A stretch of DNA of 64,000 nt from Cenococcum geophilum (Eukaryota), in contig CP158635.1 of the NCBI GenBank assembly GCA_050273025.1, forward strand, positions 13,020,001 through 13,084,000. Reading direction: 5' to 3'. Shown piece after piece: positions 1 to 11,608 of the stretch (within the stretch, counting starts at the first letter, position 1; each line of letters opens with the position of its first letter). The position numbers were made by a program, and so were the translations under genes. Under the pieces are notes generated by a model. The model searched no databases. It was not told the DNA's origin and worked only from the letters and a program-made list of their open reading frames with translations.

Positions 1-310
1 TATATACCAGATCTTTTAAAGCGGATAAGCCTTATAGCTAACCTCTATTAAATAAGTTTAAGGCTATAACATAAGGCTCTAGTAGTAAAGTCTAGGTAAG
101 TGCTATAAATATAAAAAATGGAAACAACTTTTAGTGCTAAGAGGAGAATTATAAACTAGAGGCTCTATTAGACTTAGAGCAACTAAGTATAGGTTAGGTG
201 GTAAGGCTTAGAGGGAGAGAATAGGTAGGTTTAATTTCTTAGAAAATAACTTAGATTAAATAACAGTGCCCGCCCTCTAATAAAGAATTATATAGAGGTT
301 CTATAAAGCG

Positions 311-376
311 GCTAGGAGGGCTAGGGAGGGCTAGGGAGGGCTAGGGAGGACTAGGGAGGACTAGGGAGGGCTAGGA
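311..376. repeat. 10-bp tandem repeat (CTAGGGAGGG/CTAGGGAGGA), about 6 copies
   Basis: Directly visible: ctagggaggg ctagggaggg ctagggagga ctagggagga ctagggaggg, about 100 bp upstream of the zinc-finger gene ATG. Confidence 0.85.
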
Positions 377-480
377 CCCCACAAAGATTAAGGTCCTACT
401 ACTTTTTCTATTTTTTAACATTAACCGTCTACGCCTTGCCCTATATTTCTTACTATAGCTATCCAAACTTCTTTATAAAA

Positions 481-2109
481 ATGCCGCCAATTACCTAATA
501 AACTTCCTTAGCCTAAAGTCCCATACGCAAGGGGCGAACGCCTACCCGTATACTAAGGTTAACGACTAAAGCCTCCTTTAAAGAGCGAGGTTTATTAAGC
601 GCGACGCGTAAAGAGGCTGTAAGTAAAGCCATTAGCAAGGGGGGCGTTTGTTTTCCTTATAAGGAGGTTATTAAAACTAGAGCGGGTATCCCTACCTTAA
701 GCGTAAACTATAATAGCTTTTTATTCCCTTAGCTATGACTTTTTTAATAATACTAACTTCTCTAAGATCTTCCCGGAATAGAAGAACAGCAAAGCTTAGC
801 TGCTATTACGCACAGTATTACTACGGAGTTAATAGCAATATTACCGCATCTTATTAACCTAAGGATCTTAAATTAAACAGCTTATAACCTTAATTATCTT
901 ACCTAAGAGAATTACATCTTAATAATAGGGTAATCGGAACCCCCTAGTTTCTAAACACCTAATAATAAAACAAATAGCCTTCCGGATAAAGTTCTTTATC
1001 CTATAATAAAAGTAAAGTTTATACGCAAGTATTATAGCTCTACACTTAGGAACTAATATTTATATAACAGTTGTAAGGGGTCCTACTATAAAGTTTATTT
1101 TAGATTATACAGACAAACAAAACACGGTTAAATAAGATATTATTATAGCTATACAAATTGCCGTTATGCTAAGGGCGCGGGCCTTTCTTCCAAAAAAGCT
1201 CTTACCGCTTATATTAAGCGTTACGATTTAAACCGTTATAAAAGCATTCCAAATAGACCATAAATCCTTCCCTAGTATAGCGCCGCTTTAGAACTAATAA
1301 AATATCTATACCCTTTACTAGGTTATAAAAAGGCTATTAAAATAGGTTTACCTTTAAAAAAGAATCTTTGCGGCTATATTAAAGACCACCACAGCCTTAA
1401 AAGAGTTTATTATCCTTACCAAGATTATAGATAATTAACCGGCCTAGGGCTATCCTCAAAAAAAGCCCTTACCCACCACTTAAAAGATTCCCACAGTTCT
1501 AGAGCATATTTTTGCCATTATGTCACCTATAATTAAGCTAGAGGCTAAGGCCTGCCCTCTAAAGCTACTTTTCGCCGCCATATTAGGGATATTTACGGCG
1601 ATAAAAAGAAATGCCCCTACCCTAACTACAAACAAGCCACTAGCAAAGGCTTTTATAATATATCCTACTTTTACCGCTATATAGACGGACATTCTAAATT
1701 ATATCTTTGCCCTTATATTAGTTGCAAATTCTCTAAAGGCAAAGGGCTAGGTACTAAAGAAGCTCTTTTTATATATAAAAGGAGGGCTTACAGCTCTCTT
1801 TAATTCCACTATAGTATACCTAATTACAAAGAAGCCACTAGAAGAGGGTTATCTTGCAAAAATAGTTTTTAAAATTATATAATAATGGTCCACAGCTCTA
1901 GTTCCTATTATTGCCCTAATATTAACTGCGAATAAGCTACTAGCCAAGGATTTTATTTAGAAAGAACTCTTTAGGGGCATATAAACCGTGTTTACGGCCC
2001 TTAATACAAATGCCCTATATCCGGCTGTAAACAATCCGCTAGCAAGGGTTTAGTATCTAAAGAGATTCTTTAAGATTATATAAAGTTATATAGGCGTAAA
2101 AATAACTAA
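481..2109 (+). pseudogene. RIP-inactivated multi-C2H2 zinc-finger protein (about 9-10 fingers)
   Basis: ATG at 481 is in frame with repeated fingers once TAT/TAC are read as TGT/CAT and TAA as CAA, e.g. CPYQDC-RQSTGPGLSSKKALTH-H-LKDS-H, CPYPDC-KQATGKGFYNISHFHR-H-IDG-H, CPISGC-KQSAGKGLASKEILQD-H-MKS-H. Several Cys/His codons survive unmutated. One frameshift near 1770. Confidence 0.8.
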
Positions 2110-2361
2110 GCGTAAAGGTTACTCGTGTTATTACTAGTCTAATAGTTTATTTTATTTTACCTTTCCTAAGATTCGCCAATTATAATAGGGCTCTTCGGGT
2201 TTAATATTAGCAGGAATTATCCAATTAATAACATACAAACTTACGGCTGGTTTAGTTCCATTTTCTTATATATTTTTAACAGATAAGAGCTATCTATCTA
2301 CAGAATCGCACATTTCTTTAATTGGCGTTTGGTGCAGGGTATATTCTTAAAAGAGAAGAGT

Positions 2362-2787
2362 TATTAATTTAGGTTAAATTTAGCCTATTACCCTATCCTT
2401 ATTCCTATTCCAGTTATACTACTACCCCCATTCTAGTTTTATACCCCCCCTCCCTTTCCTATTTCAGACACCTACCTTATATATAAATAGATTCTTTTCC
2501 TTATAGTTTAAATAGACAGAGTCCTCATTCTTTACTTACTGTCGACCTAAATCAGGTTATCTTATCACCGACTTAGCTACCTCCCATTAACTTAGTCATT
2601 AACTCAATTATTAACTCAGTCATTGACTCGGTCACCTACCCCTTATTTCTATTACCACCCCCCTACCCCCTTCTCGTTCTCATTTCCTATACCTTTTCTA
2701 TATATATATAGAGGCTCTAAAGCCACCATTTAATAGACAAAGTTATTATTCTTTTCTTACAATTAGTGTACGGACTACTAATTAACA
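2362..2787 (+). mobile_element. Composite (tandem or nested) solo-LTR relic
   Basis: 5-bp direct repeat AGAGT at 2357-2361 and 2788-2792. Two internal copies of a TATATA...AATAGACA(G/A)AGT...TTC..CTTAC block (about 2472-2539 and 2689-2760). The second unit starts TGTCGACCTAAATCAGG at 2540 and the composite ends AATTAACA. Confidence 0.6.
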
Positions 2788-3074
2788 AGAGTTGCTTGTC
2801 TAAAGCAGCATATATTAGTTTATCCGCTTAATTTAATAAGTGTTAAGTATAAGAGAAGAAAAAGTATTAAAAGAGAAATAGTAATATACCTTTAAAGGAA
2901 GCTAAGCGGGTATAAGGTGTAGCTTAAATCTAGGGTTTAGTAAATAAGGATAATTAGCAGTAGTACTAGCCGCCATAGTTCCTCCGTTATAGTTTATCCT
3001 TTACTCTATATAATATTAAACATTAAACATTAATTATAGATATAACTAAATATTCTAAAGCACTAATCTAGCCT

Positions 3075-5725
3075 TAGCCGTAAAGAGAATCAGAATTAGA
3101 GCTAGAGCTATTAACTTTAACACCGGATATATTAATTTCTTCGCTAGCTTGTCGTCCGCCGCCGTCTAAACTACTTAAAGACCCTTCTGCATCTAGGAAT
3201 AGCCATAGCTTATTTATTCTATCTTCCTCTAATAGCGGCTTCCCTATATTAGGATGCAGCTAACACATCCTTAATTTCTTAAATACCTTCCTCTTCCTTA
3301 TATAAGCTTGCGTCAGAATCTCTACCTAAGCCTCTCCCCATCGCTTATTACTTATTTCGACTATTTCTAATTTAGTCAACTAGTTAATAAGCGGCATTTC
3401 GTTAACGTAAGGGTTTTTAGTTTTTTCCTTATAAACCTTGGTTCTAATATAGGTATCTAGCTTTTGCTTGCTATTATTACAGGATTATAGGACCTATACA
3501 CATAGGCCAAGTTTCTTAATAATGTTGATTCGTTTTCTTTTACTACTCCCGTTATTTATATACACCTTTTACCATTTTTTATCGAACTTAGAGTGTTTCT
3601 CTTCTATACTCTAGAGCTTATCAGCACCTCCTAGCGTAAGTTAGTAGCCACTAATTACTTAGTAAAATGGATGGTTTTCTGTGCCCGCATTAACAATAAA
3701 GCGACTTCGCTGTTTGTTTTCGTAAGGTCTCGTAGCCTTTAGAATGCTAAATTCCGTCCTTCTATCCTTATATAAAGGCATCTTAATATAATTGTCGTTT
3801 AATTAAGAGTCTAAATTATTAAGGTCTATATTAATGTCTATATTAGACTCTATAGATTTAATTGCCTCTAGTATATAATATTCTAGAGTAGTAGGGGCTG
3901 TAGCTAATAGCCTTATAGGGGGAGGAACTATAAGTATTTGCCTTGTAGCGGGTTCTAGGGCGTCCTATCTAAGTAGGACGCTTTTAGCTTTTTTTCTATT
4001 AGGCCTAGATAGTTTAGCAAACTTTACCCTCTTAGTAGTAGAACCGCTCTTTATAGGCGATTTAGTAAAGCTTTCTTCTTCGGAAATAAATAGTAGTTTA
4101 TTAGCACTACTTTTATTAGTAGAACTGCCGACTCTAGCTAAACTTACTGCTTTAGTAGGGAAGCTACTCTTTATAGGTCGTTCAGCAGAGCTTACTTTAG
4201 CATTGCTTACTCTAGAAGTAGGGTTAATACCTATAGAGGGTTTAGCAGAGCTTAATGCATTAGTAGTAGCAGAGCTAATCTTTATAAATGGCCTAGCACC
4301 GCTAGCGCTACTTGATTGTTCGGCTAAATTACCCTCTATAGAGTTTAGCAGCCTTAAGCTCTCTTAAGCCGTAGCGCCTATAAAGAGTATTAGCTTCTTT
4401 CTAGGAATCTAAGTGCTTATACTATTAATACCTCCGAATAATAGTATCGCTTTAATCCTAAGTATAAGTGCGTCTCTCTTCTGTTCTTAGATATCCTTAT
4501 TAAATATCTCTAAGATACTAAGAATTTCTTTTATAGATTAAATTAGTATTTTATAATTAGTTAAAACTAGGTTAAGCTCTTTATTAACTCTTATAAGCTC
4601 TATATTTTTCTGTTTAGCTACTTTAATTATATTCTTTAGAGACATATCTCTTACTACAGACTTCTTTTGGCGGGCTAAGTTGAAAAATTCCTATACTTAT
4701 AGTCTAACATCGTTCTACACCGCTATTTGCTTAGGTGTTAGGCCTCTTAGGGCCTCTAAATAGGCTAAATAGGCAGTAGTAGTATTTGGCGATTCGTTAA
4801 TTAACTGCTTAATTTTAATCTTAATATGGCTTGGCGTTATTAACTTATAATTAATGCCTACTTTCTTTAGTAACTTAATAAACACAACTGACCCCTCCGT
4901 AAGTTTTTTAATATTTTCCTCTCTTGTAACTATTCCTTTCTTAAGAGTATTAATTTTGTTAAGCTGGTTTTTAAACACTTAAATATTGTCTAGTATTATT
5001 TTTTAAGGGAAATACTAATGGCGGTCTGGTTACTTAAATTTCTTTTTTAATTTTGTAAACTTAGCCTAGACTTTTTATTAAAACTTCTTTACTATATCCT
5101 TATTATTTTCATCCAATATTTAATTCTTTACTACAGCCTTTTTAGCTTTCTTATAGTTTATATTAAACTTAGGAGAGATGGCTTAAACTAGCTTAGAATT
5201 ATAATTACGGTTAAATTTCTTAATTTATGTATCTAGTTTGTTTATCGCTTTTTTATAGGTTAATAAAATATTTATATCCTACCACCGTCTAATAAAGGGA
5301 AAGGCTTTGTGATATACTTTTCTTATCTCTTCCGGTACCTCGCTAAGTCCTTTTTCTTAAGCTTGTGATATTTGCACTGCCCCTTTAAGCTAAAGTGCTA
5401 CCCTATCCTCGTCTAGGGAGTAGTGTTTTTTAGTTAGTTTCTAAACCCTAACCTTTTTTATTTTAATGTTATCTTTATTATCTAAGGGACTTATCTCTAT
5501 TTTATTATCTAAGATAACTTATTCTATCTCCTCTTCTTCCTTAGAGTTATTATTTACTACTAAAACTTTAGGTTGCTAATAATCTAAATATATTCTAAAC
5601 GGCTTAACAGTATTCTCTAATTTTAATTTTAAGTTTGTCCCTAATAGCTCTGGGTTTAAAGACGTTAGGCTTAGTGGCTTAAAGTTAGTAGGTAGGAGAC
5701 TTAGGTATAGTATATTATCGATCTA
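3075..5725 (-). pseudogene. Long RIP-inactivated gene, unknown function (coiled-coil-rich N-terminal half, low-complexity linker, globular C-terminal domain)
   Basis: The segments I translated read as protein-like in the minus frame with only TAA/TAG interruptions, and include supplied ORF 4715-4978. C-terminal part reads about MPLYKDGRTEFGILKATRPY...RFIVNAGTENHPFYQVISG...DTYIRTKV...WLTKSEMVEI. Confidence 0.5.
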
Positions 5726-6898
5726 TAATAAACCCTAATACTTAATCGCAAATCTATTAATCTAAACGTCCGCTATTATAAGTATTCTTCTGTGCTAATT
5801 GGTAATATTAAAGTTAGGTTAAATAATTAAGAGTAGATAATTAAAAGGAGGTTAGTTTAGATAACTAAGGGTAAGTTAAGATCTTTTATAGAACCTCTAT
5901 AACTACCGTTCCTATTTATAGTATATATTTTTATTTTTTATTTTAATATTTCTGTTTTTTAAATTATACTTTGTTAAATACGTTACTAGATTACTTATTT
6001 AAGGATTTTATTTTAATATCTTATATAAATATCTGTTAAAGCTATTATCTACCTATTAGATAAAGCATTATATAGCTATTTATTATTTCCACTCTTATTA
6101 TCGCTACTTTAATTTAGTATGCTATTTTACTAAAGGGTACTAAAGTAGTATTATTTTATAACTTATTAATCTATTAAACGAGTAGTATAATAGGCGGGCG
6201 ATTTTTAGGAATTGTAGTAGGTATATGGAATTTCTTAGCTAGTGAATTTTTACTACTTATGAAACCTACTGCTTATATAACTGTTAGAGACCGTAGGAAT
6301 TTATCTTTTTCCCTAAATACGCTTAACGCTATGGTTGGAACGATATTAAGATTTAATTTTCTTAGTCTTAACTATACCTTAATGTAAAGCCGTTTTGGAG
6401 ACCCTTATTAAAGTAATAGTTAGTTTAGTATAGGTTTTAATTAATTTAATCTAGTAAATATAAGTGGGAAATTCTTAATTAATTATAAGGTGAAAATATA
6501 TGTCCCGTAATAGTTCTACTGTGCTTAAACCGTTAAGAAATCTTATTGCTATGCTAGTATAGTGTTTAGCTTAAATACTAGTAGAGCTAAGGAGAAATTT
6601 ATATAAAACGCTTTAGGGTTTACTTTAGGAAGTTAAGCCCTATTATTCTCTATAATAGTATACCTTTTCCCTTAAATTAAATAGAACTTAATAACTTAAA
6701 TTATATTAACTCAGCTAACAAATATAGGAGCTATAGTTTAGCAATTAACGCTAACGTTATCCGCTATTTTCTCCCTAATTGTAAATAATATAGGAATTTA
6801 CCTAAATAGCTATGGTAGATATATAGGGGTATTTCTAGGACTTTTTATAGTCTAGGTAGATGTAATATAGAGTAAATAGAACTTGTTTTAAGAGGAAT

Positions 6899-7108
6899 TA
6901 TCAACCTAAATTAGATTTCCTTACTACTATTTTATTACTGTCTTTAATACCTAGTACCCTATATCTTACCACCTATTTCTATTACCGATTTTGTCTCAGT
7001 TGCCTATAATATTTATCTTAGTTGCTTAGATCTACCTTATGTATATAGAGAGCTTCTAAAGCCCTCTTTAATAAAACAGAGTTTTTATTTCTAATCGTTC
7101 GTTTAATA
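6899..7108 (+). mobile_element. Solo LTR related to the 2540-2787 unit
   Basis: Start TATCAACCTAAATTAGA is the transition-mutated form of TGTCGACCTAAATCAGG at 2540. Shares the TATATAGAG..CTAAAGCC..TTTAATA..ACAGAGT block. Flanks GGAAT (6894-6898) and GAAAT (7109-7113) form a 5-bp TSD with one G>A change. Confidence 0.65.
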
Positions 7109-7239
7109 GAAATTAATTTTAGCCCCTATCTATAAGTTAGTTATAAGTAGAGTAAAGAATAGTATTACTTTAACTATTTTAAAGATTAAATTCAAAAACT
7201 AATTTAACTATATTATAACTAATTTTAGGAAATTTACTA

Positions 7240-8960
7240 ATATACTATAAGTACACCGCCTCTAGAATCTCTTTAGAAGAGTTAATAGGCTAGCAAGTTA
7301 TAGATAGTACTGGTATTCCTACCTAAGTAAAGTTTCCTTTATAATTTACTATAACTTAAGCGCTTTTACTATCTATTTAAAAGGCCTTATAATCGCCTAC
7401 TCTGCTAGAAATCTCTAATAGCGTGAATAATATAGCCTCCGCACTAACGCATTGCCTTAATTTAAAGGGTTAGCTATAGCTTCTAAATAATAAGTTAGAG
7501 ATTCTTACTATTAAATAGCAGCTATTCTGTTTGGCGCACTTAGAGGAATTCTAAGCCGGGCTATTTAATCGCCTGCGCAGTTATGTGGTTAGGCTATAGC
7601 CAAAATTAGGAGAAAAGTTAAGTTCTAAAAACTTAACATAGCTTTATATGTAGTATTTTAAGAGTTTAATAACCTAAGGAGATTTAGCGTTATAAAATAG
7701 GACTTATAAGGGCATAACTTACTAAAACATAAGCTCTTAACCTGCTTGCGCCTCTAAGATTAGGTCTATAAGGCTAGGTAAAGATTAATTAAAGGGGATT
7801 AACTACGCTAAAGTAAACGCAAAGTAGATAAAGGAGAGGATTAACGTCTTTATTATAGGATTGGATCTTATTACTAGTTTAGCTTAACTAGCTAGGTAGG
7901 CGCTAGCAGCCTATTATATAGGGTATTATTAGCGTTTTAGGAATTTGTTTTAGGATTTAATATTATAATTTTATAAAGTAGGAAATCTAAATAAGAAAAT
8001 AGAAAGTATTCTAAATAATAAATACTATTTTAGTAATCTTAACTTAGTATATAACCCCTATAGGTTTCGTAATAAAGCGCTTCCTTTAATAAGATATAAT
8101 GCGGCGCTAAGAATAGGAAAGATCTATAAATTTAGGTCACTGAATTTTAGCTAAGCCGTAAATGGGAAATATATTAAGTAGGGTATTCTAGGAGATCTAA
8201 CGAATTTAAGATTGCATTGTTTTTACCTTAGTATACATTATCCATACTTAAATCTAGAAATATTACGATATTGGCCTGCTAAAATTAATTCTACTAATAA
8301 TTAAAAACTATTAAGGCCCTTATCCCTTATCCTTTATCCTTTATAGCACCTAGCGATATAAGCTAAAACTTAATTACGCTCTATAGATGTATATATTCTA
8401 CCTAAATTATTAAAAAATACTATAGATTTCGGGTATATATATTACTAAATAGATTAGATAGGTAAAAGAATAAACTTAATACTTATAGATTATTATCTAG
8501 TGAATTTTATAATCTCCGCTATCTGTTTACATTTCCTAATCTACTATTTAAATTATCTGTAAGTCTTTAGGCACCTATAACTAGATAAGCCAAGAATTAA
8601 AGTACTATCGGTATAAAAACTTACCTAATACCGCTAATTCCCATCTAATAATCGTGAATTAATTTACCTGCCCCTTTTAACTTAGAAACTAAAACCTAGG
8701 TATTAGACTAGTTTACTTTCCAAAATATAATATCGCAAAGGTCGCGGTATAGTCTGTTATTTAGAATTATAGGATCGTATAACTTAGTTATATCTTTAAG
8801 TAACTCCCTAGAGCACCTCTCTATAAGCTAGCAAAACTTAATTATACTAGGCTCCCACTTAATAAGATAGGATTCCTTTCCGCTATTATGTTGGAAATCC
8901 TTTACCCTCTTTATAAGATATAGCCTATTATACTTAAAGCATCTTATAGCCTTATTATTA
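7240..8960 (+). pseudogene. Probable RIP-inactivated gene(s), unknown function
   Basis: Several hundred codons from about 7260 read as protein-like with TAA/TAG-type stops only. No family motif recognised and boundaries are uncertain. Confidence 0.3.
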
Positions 8961-9104
8961 TATATTTTACTATTTTAGGCGCCTAATAATTCTAGTAGGT
9001 TTTACCTAGGTCATTAATAAAGGCTAATCTTGGGTCAACTTTATAAATAGGACTTTATAGTAATAATACTAACTTAGGATTTTTAACGGTAATTGTGTTA
9101 TATA

Positions 9105-11608
9105 ATAATAATTCATTGCTTAACGTCTGATTTGGATCCCTATTGGGCCTACGCGGACTACTCCTTATTTATATATAGGGAGAAAACTCAACTTAAGAAA
9201 GACTCAACTTAAGAAAACCCTATAATCTATCTCCCTGCCTCTTGGGACTCGCCTATAAGGCGCCTGCGAGGCGCCTACAAGTCATCTATAGTGCTCCTAC
9301 TACCTTACTTTTTAACCTCCTTAGGAACTACTGCTGCTGTAACTAGCCTACGGACGCGTTAGTATTGTATACTTTACTTTGCTACTATAAAGTCATTAGG
9401 GGGCGCCCATTGCTCGCCCCCCCCGCCCTCTATTATTATTTCCTTTATAACCTGGAACTGGTTTAATATATTTTAGCTAATAAGCCACTAGGTAACCGCC
9501 TTAAGGCCTTTTTATATTAAGAGTAGTGTCTTATAGTTCTCTATACTAGCTACTAAGAGCATTACTTCTTAGTTAGTGTGTAAGGGGCATAATAGTATTA
9601 CGTGTTTTAGTGTCTATCTTAGCCAGCTATATTTGCATCTTAGGCTACCTATTAAAATACCTACCTAGTAGAGCTAGTCTTTTAGTCCTATTATTCCTAT
9701 TCTTAAAAGCGTTACTATTATATTTTCTGCCTTCATTAGGCCTTTTTAGAGCCCTAGGGTGTTTACCCCCTATAGTATTAACTATACTACGGCTTGGGTT
9801 CCTCTTGCCTTAGTTAGCCTCTGTACCTTTAACTCTTATATACCTCTTTAGCGTTGGTCTAGCTAGTATTACATTACGGTAGATGGTTTCCCAGTGTTCT
9901 TTTATACTCTGCTTTAGCTCCTTTCTCTCTCTTACTATTATTCTTACTGGCCTCTTACATGTCTCCCTTTCTCCTCTATATAGGCCTAAGCCCTAAAGTA
10001 GCACTATTCTTCTTCTACTTTCTTTACCTGTTTCTCTAATATATCTTCCCTACTTTAGGGTTATTGGTTTATTCTCCTATAAGGCGCCCTAGGGTCCCTC
10101 TATAGTTTATTTAGGCGTGTCTTAATATACTTTATAATATTAGAGTTACGTTCCTTTTACGCCCTTTATATTATAGTAGCTTTAATATATAGTTATAGGG
10201 GGGGAATATTAGCTTCCTTCTTAAGTAGAGCTGTGGCTGTTCGCTTATATCCGCCTATTATACTTTAAAGGCAGGCTATTTGGACCTTTTAGAGTGGTTT
10301 AAGGAGTAATTTAGGGGGGCCTTTTTTAGATTCTCTAATGGCCTAGATACTAGACCTATATATTATAATTAGCCGGATAACTGCTATATATAGTAGGCGT
10401 AACCTTTAGAAGTATGGACCCTATATAGAATTAATAATCCTAGATAATGCGATATACTGTGCTTGGCCCTTATAGGCCGCTTACGCCGCATATACGCTCT
10501 ACTAGAGCTTACTGTCTACCTGTACTCCTAATACTCTTAGGCCCTAAACTAGTTAACCCCTAAAGCCTTAGATGTGAATTATATACTAAAGATCTGTAGA
10601 TTAGTTGCGTTTTCTTATAAAATAGATTAGCTAGTATTTCTCTAGTAAGAATTAGACTCTATATCGTCCTGCCTATTCTATATAGGTGTTATATACTTTC
10701 TCTAGTGTTCTATAATTCTCTACGGCTGTTGGCCCGTATATAATTAGGTTTATATTATTAACGAAGCCTATCCTCTAGGTTGCCCCTTCCTTAAAGGAGT
10801 TAAGCAGGTTACTTATAAAGAAAAGGAAGAGTATAGGCGAGAGGGGTAATCTTTATGGTATTCCTGTTGCAACTATAATAGGGGGGCTTTGGTATCCGCT
10901 AAAGACTAGTAGATATATTTTTTTAACCTATAAACCCTTAAATAAATTATATAATCCATTTTAGGAAGCCTTTTGCCCTAAGGATGTATAGGAGACGCTT
11001 ATAGGGTATATTATTGTAGGCGCCACTAATATCTAGGCTGAGCATTAATACTATAAAGTCCCTTCGCATCGCCTATGCAGATTTAATAGTGGTAGCGAGT
11101 AGCGTAAGTGCTAATAGTGTTAAGCGGTTCTTTCTTGCCCCTATTTAGCTTTATAGTAGTAGGGCGTATTCCTTAGCCGTGTCTGCTATATGGTCCGCTA
11201 TTACTCTTTCTAAGATCTTGCTAAGGGTATTCTCTAAGGCAATAGGGCGGTAGCTTCCTGGGAGTAAGTAGTCTGCTTTACCTTCTTTACGTAGGATAAA
11301 CGTTGTTATAGCTCTTCTAAGTCTTAGGTAGTAGCCTATTATAAAGTATGCTTTAGCTACATCCGTAAGCCAAGGTGCTATTAGTAGTCCGTAGGTCTTT
11401 AGGGCTTTATTTAGGATCCTATCTAGTCCTAATACTGTATTGTTTAAAAGGCGGCTAATAGTTCTAGCCATTTCTTCAGTTGTTATGTCACTGTTAACCC
11501 TTAGGCAAGTTACCGGTGCTTCGCCTGTGATATCGCTGAGGTCTGCTAAAGCTGGTTAAGGGAAAAATCTTTTTATGAGGATCTTTGCCTTCTCATTATT
11601 GTCGCTTG
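9105..11608 (-). mobile_element. 5'-truncated Tad1-type LINE (family A, copy 1), RIP-mutated RT region
   Basis: 12-bp TSD TTGTGTTATATA at 9093-9104 and 11609-11620. (TTA)n tail at the left end. ORF 11151-11471 has the RT N-terminal motifs KEGKADY..PGSYRPIALENTLSKILE. GIPQ-SPLSPILF and FVDD-like motifs at about 10750-10865. Collinear with 36198-38670. Confidence 0.92.

Noticed and set aside
1480..1692. 70-aa minus-strand ORF
   Set aside because: Antisense shadow of the zinc-finger relic on the plus strand.
2472..7092. Shared promoter motif (TATATA...AATAGACAGAGT) at three sites
   Set aside because: Better explained as parts of solo LTRs, since matching termini and 5-bp TSDs were found.
9610..9813. 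Hydrophobic plus-strand ORF (also 36684-36869, 38532-38792, 39090-39275)
   Set aside because: Antisense to LINE ORF2. The hydrophobicity reflects T-rich mutated sequence.
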